A DNA stretch of 64,000 nucleotides from Minutocellus sp. GHC0000111 (Eukaryota). The DNA lies in contig OZ361260.1 of NCBI GenBank assembly GCA_977018835.1, positions 2,046,001 to 2,110,000 of the forward strand, in the 5' to 3' direction. The notes under the pieces were generated by a model that worked only from the letters and a program-made list of their open reading frames with translations, did not search any database and was not told where the DNA came from. Shown piece by piece: positions 1-10,102 of the stretch (its first letter is position 1; each line of letters begins with the position of its first letter). The position numbers and the translations under genes were made by a program.

Positions 1-187
1 AATTCCCTCAAAATACCATGGTAGATCTACTTGTAGATCTACATACATATTCCGACCGGTATGTAGATCTATGCCTGCCGTACTACCGAGAATGTTTGCC
101 CAGCAACACATGTGTTTTGCGTGCGCGTACCCAGGTAGGTACCGGTAGAACTACCGGTATACTGTTACATCCCCACCCCAAAAGGAG

Positions 188-1281
188 CTAGGTCATGGCC
201 TCGGTCAGAAGCTCCTTCATACGCTGTTTCTTGGGCTTCAGATCAACGCCAAACTTGTCCGACGCGGTCTCCATGGCATGCTTGGCGGTAGCCTTGTCGA
301 GATTGAAGCATCTGACGTAAGCCTTTACCCAACGCTTGAGTGCCTTGTCGGTTGGAAGCTTCTGCCCATCGACTTCTTCAAACATGGTCTTCTTCATCCT
401 CCTCATTGGACGATTCCTCCTTGGCAGCCTTCTTCTTACCAGCCTCGGCCTTGGCAGCCTTCTTCTTCTTGGCAGCGGCCTTCTTCTTGTTTTCCTTGAT
501 CCAAGTCTTGGTCAACTCCTCCGACGGATCCGCCAGGAAATCGAGGAGACGATCAACGAGGAAATCCTTGTCGACCTTTTCGCCATCCGAGGCGCTGCGA
601 TCAATGTCGAAGAAATCGCAAAGGTTCTTCAGGCCAGGATTCGAAATCTTACGAGCCTTCTCGCCGTACTTCCTCTTTTGATGTATCATATGAAGTTATT
701 TGTGAAAGGCGAAAAACAAATTAGAAATGTAGTCGGAGCAGGGCACACATGTACAGCACATGTACCGGTAGGGCACGATGGACATCAAAGTGACTTACCT
801 CCAGCTTCTCGTCGATTCCCTTCTGCTCCTCCTCATCGTCGGTGCTTTTAGTGGGAAGATACCCCGAGAACTCGAGCAGCTGCTGCTTCCGGACCTTCTC
901 CTTCGAGGCACCTCCGAAGACGAGCTGATGAGCCATCTTGAGCTCATTGCTCTTCAACTTGGCTGCCTTGATGGACTCACAGGTACCTGGAATGTCCTCC
1001 AGCTTGGTACCTCGGCCGTCAAGGTGGATCCGCGCCTCGGCTTTGGCCGCAGCCGTCACCTGAAAATCCTCGGCCTCGAAAATTGCCGCGGACTTACGCT
1101 CACGCTTGGAAGTGGTAGGCAGACCGAGGGGGTCGATTTCCAGTCTCTTGGAGACCCCCTCGCTCTTGCGCTTCTTGTTGGGAGCACCAGCGGACGTCGT
1201 GCCGGAGCTGGTGTCGATCTCCATCGTTGGGGCCTCAGCAGCGGCCTCTTCGGGCTTTGGCTCAACCGGTTCGACTTGCAT
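188..1281 (-). CDS. DEK-like chromatin protein (DEK_C domain at C-terminus); 2 exons plus one apparent frameshift
   Basis: ATG at 1281. Exon 1 is 1281-799, followed by a GT-AG intron 798-675; exon 2 starts at 674 and joins ...KLE|RKYGEK. LLEFSG and LCDFFDIDRS are DEK-like motifs. The C-terminal PTDKALKRWVKAY...DKFGVDLKPKK lies in another frame (188-406), so a 1-nt shift near 385 is needed. Confidence 0.75.
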
Positions 1282-1453
1282 AGTGATTTGTCTTGGTTAC
1301 ATGTACCAACTGGATGTAGTTGAACTGTCATCAGGACTGACTGAAGCCGTAGCCCGGTTGACGATTCACAGCTTCCGGGTTTCCCGACGTAACCATGCAT
1401 GAGCGAAACGCCACACAGCTCCTTTTCCTTCGCCCAGCCATTTCACCAACACC

Positions 1454-1998
1454 ATGATCGGTTCCGCAGGACGAATCGCCGCCCGAAGGGCACCCACAAC
1501 CGCCGTTCGACGCATGTCGACGGCAGAGCCCAAGATGCACAAGGCCAAGGAGTGGCAGGTATCAAGGACTCCCGACCGAAAACGCATGATCACGTGAGTA
1601 GTTTTGGATGCATACGGTTCCTACCAGCCTTACTCAAATGTACTACGTTCTACGTACACTACCGACGGATTTACGAGGGTCTGGTTCGGATATCGACCAT
1701 CCATCTATCGACCATCGATCTGCAGATCACCAAGTCGTCTTCTTCTCTTTCCCTCTCTTCGACCACGGCGTACTTACTTCGTTTTATTCTTCTCTTTGCT
1801 TTCCCATCACACGTGCGCACAATGTGTTGCGAAACAACCAAAATCTTGGTAACAAAACAATCGAAACAGCTTGTTTTCGAGGGCGATTTCCCCAAGCTCG
1901 GCATCGGCCTTGGTGTGCTTGCCGTCATCGGAGCCGGTTATGGCTCCATGTATTTTGGAATGTGGCATCAGCAGAAGAAGCAGGGTTACTGGAAATAA
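1454..1998 (+). CDS. Small single-pass, probably mitochondrial membrane protein; 2 exons, 1-nt frameshift at about 1555
   Basis: ATG 1454 gives MIGSAGRIAARRAPTTAVRRMSTAEPKMHKAKEW, an Arg/Ala-rich presequence. One extra G at TGG(G)CA continues the frame as AGIKDSRPKTHDH. Intron 1594-1869 (GTGAGT...AACAG). Exon 2 encodes LVFEGDFPKLGIGLGVLAVIGAGYGSMYFGMWHQQKKQGYWK. Confidence 0.7.
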
Positions 1999-2624
1999 AT
2001 TGATTGACGCATTCTATTGGTTGGCCAAATCGTGGGTGGTCGCGATCAAGCTCTTGTTGGCTACGCGTATGATTCGATGTGCGGCACGATGGATGCCAGT
2101 GGTACCGGTACTTGTACCTTTTCGATGGGAGAGGAACGAATGAGAAATTCAGAAGAATCCAACCTTTGGTGTTCTGATTGTCGAGTCGATTCAAAGCGAG
2201 CCAGTTCTTTCCCAGCTGATAGATCTATCTGAGCCGAAGAAACGATGATCCGGCTCGTTGTAATAATAAAAATTCCCTGAATATTCTTCGAGAAGATACT
2301 GCGCTCTCTACAGTAGCTACAACTACTACACCTATCTAGAGAGCCTAGCTAGTAGCTTAGAAGAGGAAAAAGATCCGAAAGCTTCTCACGTCTATGTATC
2401 ACGACATGCAGTGTCCTACATTAATCTACGCTACATACGTACCGGTAGGCTTTTGCAAAACGTCGAACGCCGAACAATCCCCCTTCTAGATCTAGACAAC
2501 TAATTCCATTTCAAATATTACTTCCTACCGGTAGGCCTAGCTAGGCCCACAAATAGTCTAGATCTAACTAGGCCAATATCACTCATACATGTACATGTGT
2601 CGAGCCTTTCCCCCCGCTCGTCGC

Positions 2625-3717
2625 TCACCGCCGAGCTGCTCCTCTCAGAACGAAGATTGAAAGAGCGGCGAGTCCGGCGACACCTACCAAGATGAGAGCT
2701 TCCTTGTTCTGCTCCAAGAAAGATTCCTCCTCTTCATCATCATACGTCTCGTCGATTTCCCGTTCTTCTACTTCCTTTGAGAAAGACACTCTCCTATCGA
2801 TGGATGCCGTCGGCCGATTCTTCTTCAAGCTAGATTGGCGAGGCAAAACTCGGCCGCTGCTGCTCACTTTGTGTACATCGTCTCCCATTCGAACATACTT
2901 TGGTCGAATTTCCTTTGCCGGGGTTGCAAATTCGTCATCGCCGTTCTCCTCTTCTCCCCTACCAATACTGGAGGGAGAGCCAGGAGGAGTTGTGTTCTTT
3001 TTTTCTTCGCCAGTCGCCACAATATCATCAATATCATTATTGCCAGATGTAGCTGTAGCGACCTTCCCACTCGACACGGGACTTCCAAACATGGCCTGAG
3101 CACGCTGCTTCTCCTTTTTCTTTTCTGCCTTCTTGCAGTCCAAGTAGCTGGTAATGAGCCTTCTCAATTCCTTGTCTTGGACCCTGAGATGCGCGACAGA
3201 TGCTTTTGTTCGATTGGCACTACCAACAGCAATAGCAGAACCAGTAGAACCGGCAATATCACCTTCGTCTGTTGGCTCAATGCCGCCATCGTTTCCACCA
3301 CCACCCACAACGCTGTACTCCACAATAATATTTCTAGCACGCCTGAGGATCTCAATGGCACCCGTGTAGTCCTTCTTCTCGGCAAGACTTCGGGCAATCA
3401 GAATGTAGCTTTTGACGCGCCACTCACCAAAGAGCTTGGCATCACACAGACCGCACCCACCGTCTTTAACCAAGATGCTGTGAATAAACAATCCTTTCTT
3501 ATCAATCAGGGCATCGAGTAGGATCAATGCATTCTGCGCGAACTTGGCAGCCTCAGGCCAGCGTCCGAGCTGAGCACAACACGTCGACGCGTTGTTGCTG
3601 CAAGTTACCATCACCTCGACTAGGTCGGCTCGCGTCTCGTTACTGGAACTGGAATCGTGCTGAACAAATCGTATACTGTCGACTGCACCGGCATACAAGT
3701 TGAGAGCGTGTTGATAA
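2625..3717 (-). pseudogene. TPR-containing tail-anchored protein, 5'-truncated
   Basis: TPR-like helices (YQHALNLY, SNNASTCCAQLGRWPEAAKFA, ARSLAEKKDYTGAIEIL) and a C-terminal hydrophobic anchor followed by basic residues. Upstream of about 3720 the ORF is only antisense of the 3742-5934 gene, and no native start is visible. Confidence 0.65.
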
Positions 3718-3741
3718 TAAATTACATCCGCCACAACACAA

Positions 3742-5934
3742 ATGGCCAACAACAACCCTCCCGCTCTCGGTAACGCCCCTGGTGGTGGAGGTGCAGGACT
3801 GCCTGCATCCCTCGTGGACGTCACAACTTCCTTCGGCTTGTTTGTTGTAGGGGCGGGCAAGGATGCACCTTGCGAGTTCCAGCCCATGAGGTCCGCCGAC
3901 CCCCGCCCCGTGCGCGTGACCTCAGAGAACGGACCAATTCCAAAGGGCGCTCTCGTGGTAGGCGTGCAAGTAGAAGGACAATACCAAGACGCCCGATTCA
4001 CCAAGCCAACCGAGTTTCGGTCGTACCTCCACACCACTGCGGTCGATCGCCGCATCGTGTATCTTGTCATGACCAGAACCCCTCCTCCGCCCAATGCAGA
4101 CTCCGCCACTCTGCTGGCCTACCAGGACGAGTTGGTGGAGAAAATGCAGGACGCGCTCGTCGGCATCACCAAGAAGAATGCACCGGTCGAGCCGACATAT
4201 CGCCCGTCCCACCTGCCGTATGTGCAGCGCCTCCACACCATGGTGTATGGCGGTCGTGACACCCGTGGCATCTTGGAGGACGTGCCCCAAATGCCTGCCG
4301 CCGATTTGCCAAACCTCCACGCCGACCAGAACTGGCGCGACGCCATTCACCGCCGCATCGTCAGCAAGAGCACATTTGTAGATGATCTCTTTCTCTGCTA
4401 CTGCGCGACCATGGGCGACATCCCTCCCGGTGCCAACGCCACAAGAACCGAGATGCTTCATCGACTCACCTCCCTGGAGAGCAACCTCAAACGGGTGCTG
4501 ACGCACCGCATCGACACAGGCATGCAAAACGCCAATCAACTTCCCATTGTCTTCCCGGCCGTGTCCTTCCATGTGTACCGGCCGTCCGACGCACTGGACG
4601 ACGATGGCGAGGATGACAGCGTCGCCTCTTCCGACGACGAGAGCTTCATTGAAATCATTTCTGACGACGAGGACGAGGACGAGGAAGCTCCCGCTGGAGG
4701 AGACACCCCCCCTGTCCCTCCAGGAGTAAGAGTAGCTACCGACAACCTCTGGCCAATGAACATCTACGGCGACAGTCTCACTCAAACTCCAGAGTACTGT
4801 TGGTACTACGACATCGACGACCCACACGAGATCAACGTAGTCAAAAAGCTGTGCCCCAATGATACGTTGGAGGCCATCGAGGAGGTCTGCGATCCAGTAG
4901 GCCGGGGATACGTCCTGCTTTCGGAAGACTGCGCCCAGAAAGGAACCGTGTGTGGACGGCGCATTCCCAGCATCTTGGCTGAATCCAATGGCAGAATGGT
5001 GATGCCTGAACTACAGGTCAGGACCAAGCATGGAGAAGTGTACCAAGTGTCATGGGCTGTCAGCAGGTGCCGAGTCCTTTTCTCCAGGCTGCTCTTGGTA
5101 GAGCAGGGGATCCTTCTCGCCAAGCCTATGTCCATAAAAATTTGGCATGGATATTTCGTCGAAAATGGCGCAAACAGAGTGTACCACGTCCTAGACCAGA
5201 AGTGTCGGCTTTCGATCGCAACGCATGGCGATGATGCCTCAGCAATCTCCCGAAACCAACAGGGTTATTCAACAACAACCCTCCAGACACGAATCCGTGC
5301 TCTGGCCCTCATGGCCACCAGGATCGTTACTGAGCATGTTCGCATCCAGGGCACCCGAGCTCAAAACGGATTCCAGAGACTCAACCCCGGAGAATCTTGG
5401 CAGATTGGCAACGGATCTACCAGGCACGCCGCCGTCGAGTCTGATTTCCGTGCTTGTTTGGATGTGGCAAAATATCTCATCAAGCGCACTTACAGGGTCA
5501 TGGATACAATCTCGTGCAGGCTGGCACCCGAGGTAGCCGAGGACCGCCTCCCTCCCAATCGGATTGTCTTTCCGGCCTGCAGACCATCTGCTTTTCATGG
5601 AAATGGAGCCCCTCGCAATGAAATCAGCGGAGCAACAGGCATGCGCAAGCCTGATGAGTATTGGAATGCTCTCCTCCCATCCCGTGTTAAATATTACAAC
5701 AACGCAGAAAGCCAGAGCATTGGAAATGGGCCCGGTAAGGACCTGGCGGTTGAGGCAGGAGATGCTGTCAAAAGGCTGGGCTTGCCAATTTTTATTGCCA
5801 TGAGGATCAATGGGCATCTGCGGTACTTCCACTTGTTCCCGGACTATGTTGACTATCGTTGCTACTATGATCTCCGTGTGTGGCAGGATTTTGCACCAGA
5901 TCAGCACAAATACCCAGCTTTGATGCAGCCATGA
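3742..5934 (+). CDS. Intronless 730-aa hypothetical protein with a central acidic tract, on an inserted segment
   Basis: Long intact ORF with an A/C-rich start context (ACAACACAA-ATG). No domain recognised. Confidence 0.75.
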   Translation: MANNNPPALGNAPGGGGAGLPASLVDVTTSFGLFVVGAGKDAPCEFQPMRSADPRPVRVTSENGPIPKGALVVGVQVEGQYQDARFTKPTEFRSYLHTTAVDRRIVYLVMTRTPPPPNADSATLLAYQDELVEKMQDALVGITKKNAPVEPTYRPSHLPYVQRLHTMVYGGRDTRGILEDVPQMPAADLPNLHADQNWRDAIHRRIVSKSTFVDDLFLCYCATMGDIPPGANATRTEMLHRLTSLESNLKRVLTHRIDTGMQNANQLPIVFPAVSFHVYRPSDALDDDGEDDSVASSDDESFIEIISDDEDEDEEAPAGGDTPPVPPGVRVATDNLWPMNIYGDSLTQTPEYCWYYDIDDPHEINVVKKLCPNDTLEAIEEVCDPVGRGYVLLSEDCAQKGTVCGRRIPSILAESNGRMVMPELQVRTKHGEVYQVSWAVSRCRVLFSRLLLVEQGILLAKPMSIKIWHGYFVENGANRVYHVLDQKCRLSIATHGDDASAISRNQQGYSTTTLQTRIRALALMATRIVTEHVRIQGTRAQNGFQRLNPGESWQIGNGSTRHAAVESDFRACLDVAKYLIKRTYRVMDTISCRLAPEVAEDRLPPNRIVFPACRPSAFHGNGAPRNEISGATGMRKPDEYWNALLPSRVKYYNNAESQSIGNGPGKDLAVEAGDAVKRLGLPIFIAMRINGHLRYFHLFPDYVDYRCYYDLRVWQDFAPDQHKYPALMQP

Positions 5935-5960
5935 ACGAGGGGCAGTGAGAAAGAGTTACA

Positions 5961-7331
5961 TCAGATAAAAATAGAGCACATGACACTATTGTAATTAATC
6001 CTCAAATCTGCGAGGATGGGAAGCCAGCACAGTAGGGACGCAACTATGGCTTGATCGAGGTCACTAGGCCGAGCCGCACCGCAAACAATGGTGTGGGGCT
6101 GTGATTTGTCCTCGTGAAGACGGCCGTGGTGCCACAGCCAATGGGAACCATACTCAATAGGTTCAAACTCAGGAAGGACGAGTTCACGTAGAAGATTGCT
6201 TGGGGCGTAAAGGCGGCCGCCCTTGTCGTACGGGCTGATGATGAAAACGCCGAGGTCCTTCTCATTTGCTAGTCGTACATTTTCTAAATTTCCAGCCCTC
6301 TCACCATCTCCACTAGCCGTGTAATCGCCGCAGAAGTGGTGATGGAGATTGAGGTAGTCAAAGTCTCCCTCCAATATGAGCTTTCGGGTTACTTCAGCCG
6401 GAGCGTGTGTTGAAAAGCCGAAAAAACGAATCTTTCCCTCTGCTTTTAGTTCTCTCAAAACATCAATAAGGTTTTCACCGCTAGGATTCTGGTACAGCCA
6501 ATACCAGTGATCGTGAGTGTTGGCCCCGTGGACGCTGAACAGATCAACGTAGTCAAGCCCAAGGCGGTCCAGCTGCTCGAGGATTGTCGCACGATACTGC
6601 TCCTTTGTTGTACTCTTGCTGATGCCACCCTTGGTTTGGATAATTAGTTCTCCTCGTTTGATGTCACCGGAATCAAATAAAGTCTTGAGAGCTGCACCGA
6701 TTTGGAGCTCCGAACAGCCGTAACCAAGAGCTGTCTCGATGTGATTGCACCCCATCTGATGTGCATATCGTATGATCCGAACGAGATTGTCTTGGCATTC
6801 AACCTGGACGTCATCCATCGACTTGACCACCGTCTTTGGACGATTCCATGTTTGCTGAAAGCGCATGCACCCCAGAGACAAGATGGGCATGTCAAGCCCC
6901 GTCTTTCCGAATCGAACCGTCGGGACGCGGCGGGTTTCTGCTCCCGACAAGATGGACGCAAGAGTTTTGCACTCGTTCACGAGACGAGCAAAGCTGGCAT
7001 CTGTCTTGGCATTGCGCGCAACAGGGTCTTCCCCCTCCCGATCGGCGATGGCGTCGGCATGTGCGATGGTGGCCATGATGTTCCTTCCAACTTTAACGAG
7101 CCGGTCCGATGAAGACAACTGATCAAAATGCTGATCAAGCGCATCGATCAGATCAGGGCATGTCTTGACTAGAAAGTCACGGGCGACCCGGACCATTCTC
7201 TCATTGTCCTCCAAAACAACGGCATTTCCTGTAAATGTCCCATTTGCATCTGCGGCATGGTCAGAGACTGAATCTGCCGCCGCATTGTAGAAGGCCCTCT
7301 CGGAAAGAATGAGAGATTTGGCTCGATTCAT
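5961..7331 (-). pseudogene. Aldo/keto reductase (COG1453-like), 3'-truncated
   Basis: Motifs RFGKTGLDMPILSLGCMRFQ, NHIETALGYG, IIQTKG, LDYVDLFSVHG, GFSTHA and FIISPYDKGG. After about 6030 the reading runs into AT-rich non-coding-looking sequence and lacks the family's usual C-terminal extension. Confidence 0.75.
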
Positions 7332-7671
7332 CGTTGCGCTATGTTGCAATGTTTTGCGTTTGGCGTTTTGCTATTAGATTAGGCAGTGAGGAATTTCATG
7401 AAATGACGTGCATGCATCATCTGCCGCGGAATGCAGGGCATGCACTCCCGAAACGAATTTTATATCCCAAATCAACTAGTTTCTAATTTAGAGGAGTAAC
7501 TTCCTGCGTCAGTCGCGACGGGCGGGGGTGGGGCCCGAGCAGTCAGTGGCCCGAGCAGTTTCGGTTTCCCTCTCGCTATGCGCATGCGCTCGGGCAGCGC
7601 AGGCAGGTAGCCCATTTTTGCATACCGCAGCCATACTCTACTAGTACAGCTTCGTAGCTTTGGATGCGACG

Positions 7672-8547
7672 ATGACTCTCCCACTAGTATCTGTTTTTGG
7701 TCTACTTGTCATCATCGCGACTGTCCCAGCAATGGCGCTGTCGGCACCTGTACGGAAGATCGTTGTGACAGGAGCTGGAGGTCAGACAGGACAAGCCCTG
7801 TTTCGTAAGATGTTGGCATTGCCCGAGGAGTTCTCTCCCCTGGGCATTGTGCGCACCGAATCATCCAAGGCAGAGCTGGTCAAAAGTGGCGTCCCGGCCA
7901 ATTGTGTTGTAGTAGCAGATGTGGCAAGGGACACCGAAGCGCTAAAGGAAGCAGCCAAGGATTGCGACGGCTTCGCCATATGTACGTCCGCTAAACCAGT
8001 CCCCACCGGCGAGACGACGGAAGAAGGAAGGCCACTGTTTGGCTTTCCCAATGGCTCACCTGAAATTGTGGACTGGGAAGGGCAAAAGAATCAGATTGAT
8101 GCGTGCGGATCGAAGACGCATGTTGTCTTGTGCAGCAGCATGGGAGGCACGGATCCCAACCACCCGTTGAATCAGCTAGGCAAAGTTGATGGAAAAGGTG
8201 GCAACATTCTTCAGTGGAAGCGTAAGGCTGAAAAGTACCTCATGGACAGTGGCCGTCCCTATACCATTGTCCATCCCGGGGGGTTGCTAAATGAACAAGG
8301 GGGCGAACGAGAGCTAGTCATCAATGTCGACGACAGCATGGAAGGCACTGATTCGCGAACTGTCCCGAGAGAGGATGTTGCGGAGGTGATGCTCAACGCC
8401 TTTCGATATCCCAAGGCATATGGCAATCGGTCGTTTGATCTGCGTGCGAAAAATCCTGGTGATGGTGTTCCAACCACTGATTTTGAGGACCTCATCGAGT
8501 CACTGGGAGGTAAGAATTGTGATTACTCGCTTGGAAAGATTGCTTAA
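7672..8547 (+). CDS. NAD(P)-binding atypical SDR/NmrA-like protein with N-terminal signal peptide (probably plastid-targeted)
   Basis: Rossmann motif VVTGAGGQTG; VDWEGQKNQIDA, SSMGGT, WKRKAEKYL, YTIVHPGGL and VPREDVA; hydrophobic N-terminus. Confidence 0.9.
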   Translation: MTLPLVSVFGLLVIIATVPAMALSAPVRKIVVTGAGGQTGQALFRKMLALPEEFSPLGIVRTESSKAELVKSGVPANCVVVADVARDTEALKEAAKDCDGFAICTSAKPVPTGETTEEGRPLFGFPNGSPEIVDWEGQKNQIDACGSKTHVVLCSSMGGTDPNHPLNQLGKVDGKGGNILQWKRKAEKYLMDSGRPYTIVHPGGLLNEQGGERELVINVDDSMEGTDSRTVPREDVAEVMLNAFRYPKAYGNRSFDLRAKNPGDGVPTTDFEDLIESLGGKNCDYSLGKIA

Positions 8548-9040
8548 ATTGATGTCAATGTCCTAATGTAGATCTAGATCTACCGTGATATTCACGGCAC
8601 ATGTGTCTACCGGTGCCGGTGCAGCAGATCTACATGCACCGGTACTCTAGCTAGAACACCAGAAGCAACCACCATTTCAATCGCAACTACGTACTACGTA
8701 GCTAGTAGATCTACCGTAGTGAACTACGACACATGTACCGGTGTTTTTGGACCGGTCGCGTCGTAGAGCAATACCAATCTCCCTAAAATAATTGAAAAAT
8801 GAGGCAGATACGCTGGAAGCTGACTCAGTTCGGCATCACTCTCGATCTCGCTCATCGCATCAGCGCTGATGCTGCGCTAGCTGCTGCTCGAAGCATGTCG
8901 AACCAAAGGCAAAGAAGTCAGATAAAGGACTTGCCGCCAGCGCTTGCTACATGGTTTACACTCTTCACAGTTTTAAAAAAAAATTAAATGAAAGCTGCAG
9001 AGCCGATCCGTAGAAAGCAGAGGAGAAGCCACACCATGCC

Positions 9041-9517
9041 ATGAGGAGGTTATCTGGCACAAATTTTGCGAAATTTGCAGCGGCAACGTTCGGGGCTTCA
9101 ATTGGGCTGGGATATGCCTGCCTGCTTTACGTAGAACGTATGAATCCCAACGCCACTGCAGATGTCAACGCTAATGCTACCTCCGACGCTCCGCCAAGTC
9201 GTGACGAGGCATTGGTTCGAGCGATGATTCAGAATGCAAAGGAATCGAGCTGGCAGGAAAATCTGAGCAATGCAATCATGGCGCAAGAGAGATTCGTTCT
9301 GCCAGAACGGCACCCAGCTAGAAATTCTGGTGACGGGGAACAAGCTGAAAACAAACAAGCAAATCCAAGAGACCTGTTTGTCAAAAAAATTGTTGAACGA
9401 AGTGATCGATGGTTGGAAGAACAACAAGTGGAGGCAGAACGACGGAAACAGCAGAGAGAAGATGCCAGCTATTTCTCAACGTCATGGGGCAAGGGCGATG
9501 GCAAAAATGGAAGATAG
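9041..9517 (+). CDS. Hypothetical protein with an N-terminal transmembrane segment
   Basis: 158-aa ORF with hydrophobic FAAATFGASIGLGYACLLYV and a charged helical remainder. Confidence 0.6.
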   Translation: MRRLSGTNFAKFAAATFGASIGLGYACLLYVERMNPNATADVNANATSDAPPSRDEALVRAMIQNAKESSWQENLSNAIMAQERFVLPERHPARNSGDGEQAENKQANPRDLFVKKIVERSDRWLEEQQVEAERRKQQREDASYFSTSWGKGDGKNGR

Positions 9518-10102
9518 ATCTTTACATTCAGTTCAGTTTATCTCATATCAGCACTTTCATTCAAAAGAGTCGCGACAGTAACATTTTGATGCTTCGAGAT
9601 TCCTACATGTTTTTTCGTGCCAAAAATTACTATCATTACGTAGTAGTTGCGGATGAAAGTCCAAAGAATGATTGTCACACACCACAAACACGAGAATGTT
9701 GCCAGGATTGATTTGTTAGATACTTTCGTCTCTCGTGCGGCTACACATTCAATACATGATCGAATGATGATGAGGCCCCGCCGCCACGCCGCCACCGAAA
9801 AATCCAGGCGCGCGCAAACGCGGCGGCGGCGGCCGAGCGCTGTGATGAAACGCGACCGTCAGAACGACGCACCACCTCCTCGCAGTAAAAAGCTCTACAA
9901 TATGCAAGTACATGTACTGACTTCAAGCCAAATTGATTTTATCTGTTGTAACAAAATAGTACGAATTCCTACAGCATGAATTTCCATGCTGTCAGTTTTT
10001 GACCGTTACATGTAGAGTCTAGATCTACCGTATTACAGGTACTAGCTATCTAGTAGATCTACCGGTAGCAACAATTCCGTCGCCTGCCTTTTACCGGGAG
10101 AT

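Noticed and set aside
380..1556. Programmed frameshifts in the DEK-like and small mitochondrial genes
   Set aside because: These are single-base shifts at or near short runs with no slippery context, so sequencing/consensus indels are more likely.
3720..4109. N-terminal ~130 aa of ORF 2625-4109 as a real overlapping antisense coding region
   Set aside because: It is the antisense read-through of the 3742-5934 gene; TPR-like sequence only begins at about 3715.
3722..5962. TTACATC direct repeat as the TSD of the orphan cassette
   Set aside because: The right copy lies about 70 bp inside the apparent junction, and the flanks belong to two different genes, so it is not a simple duplication.
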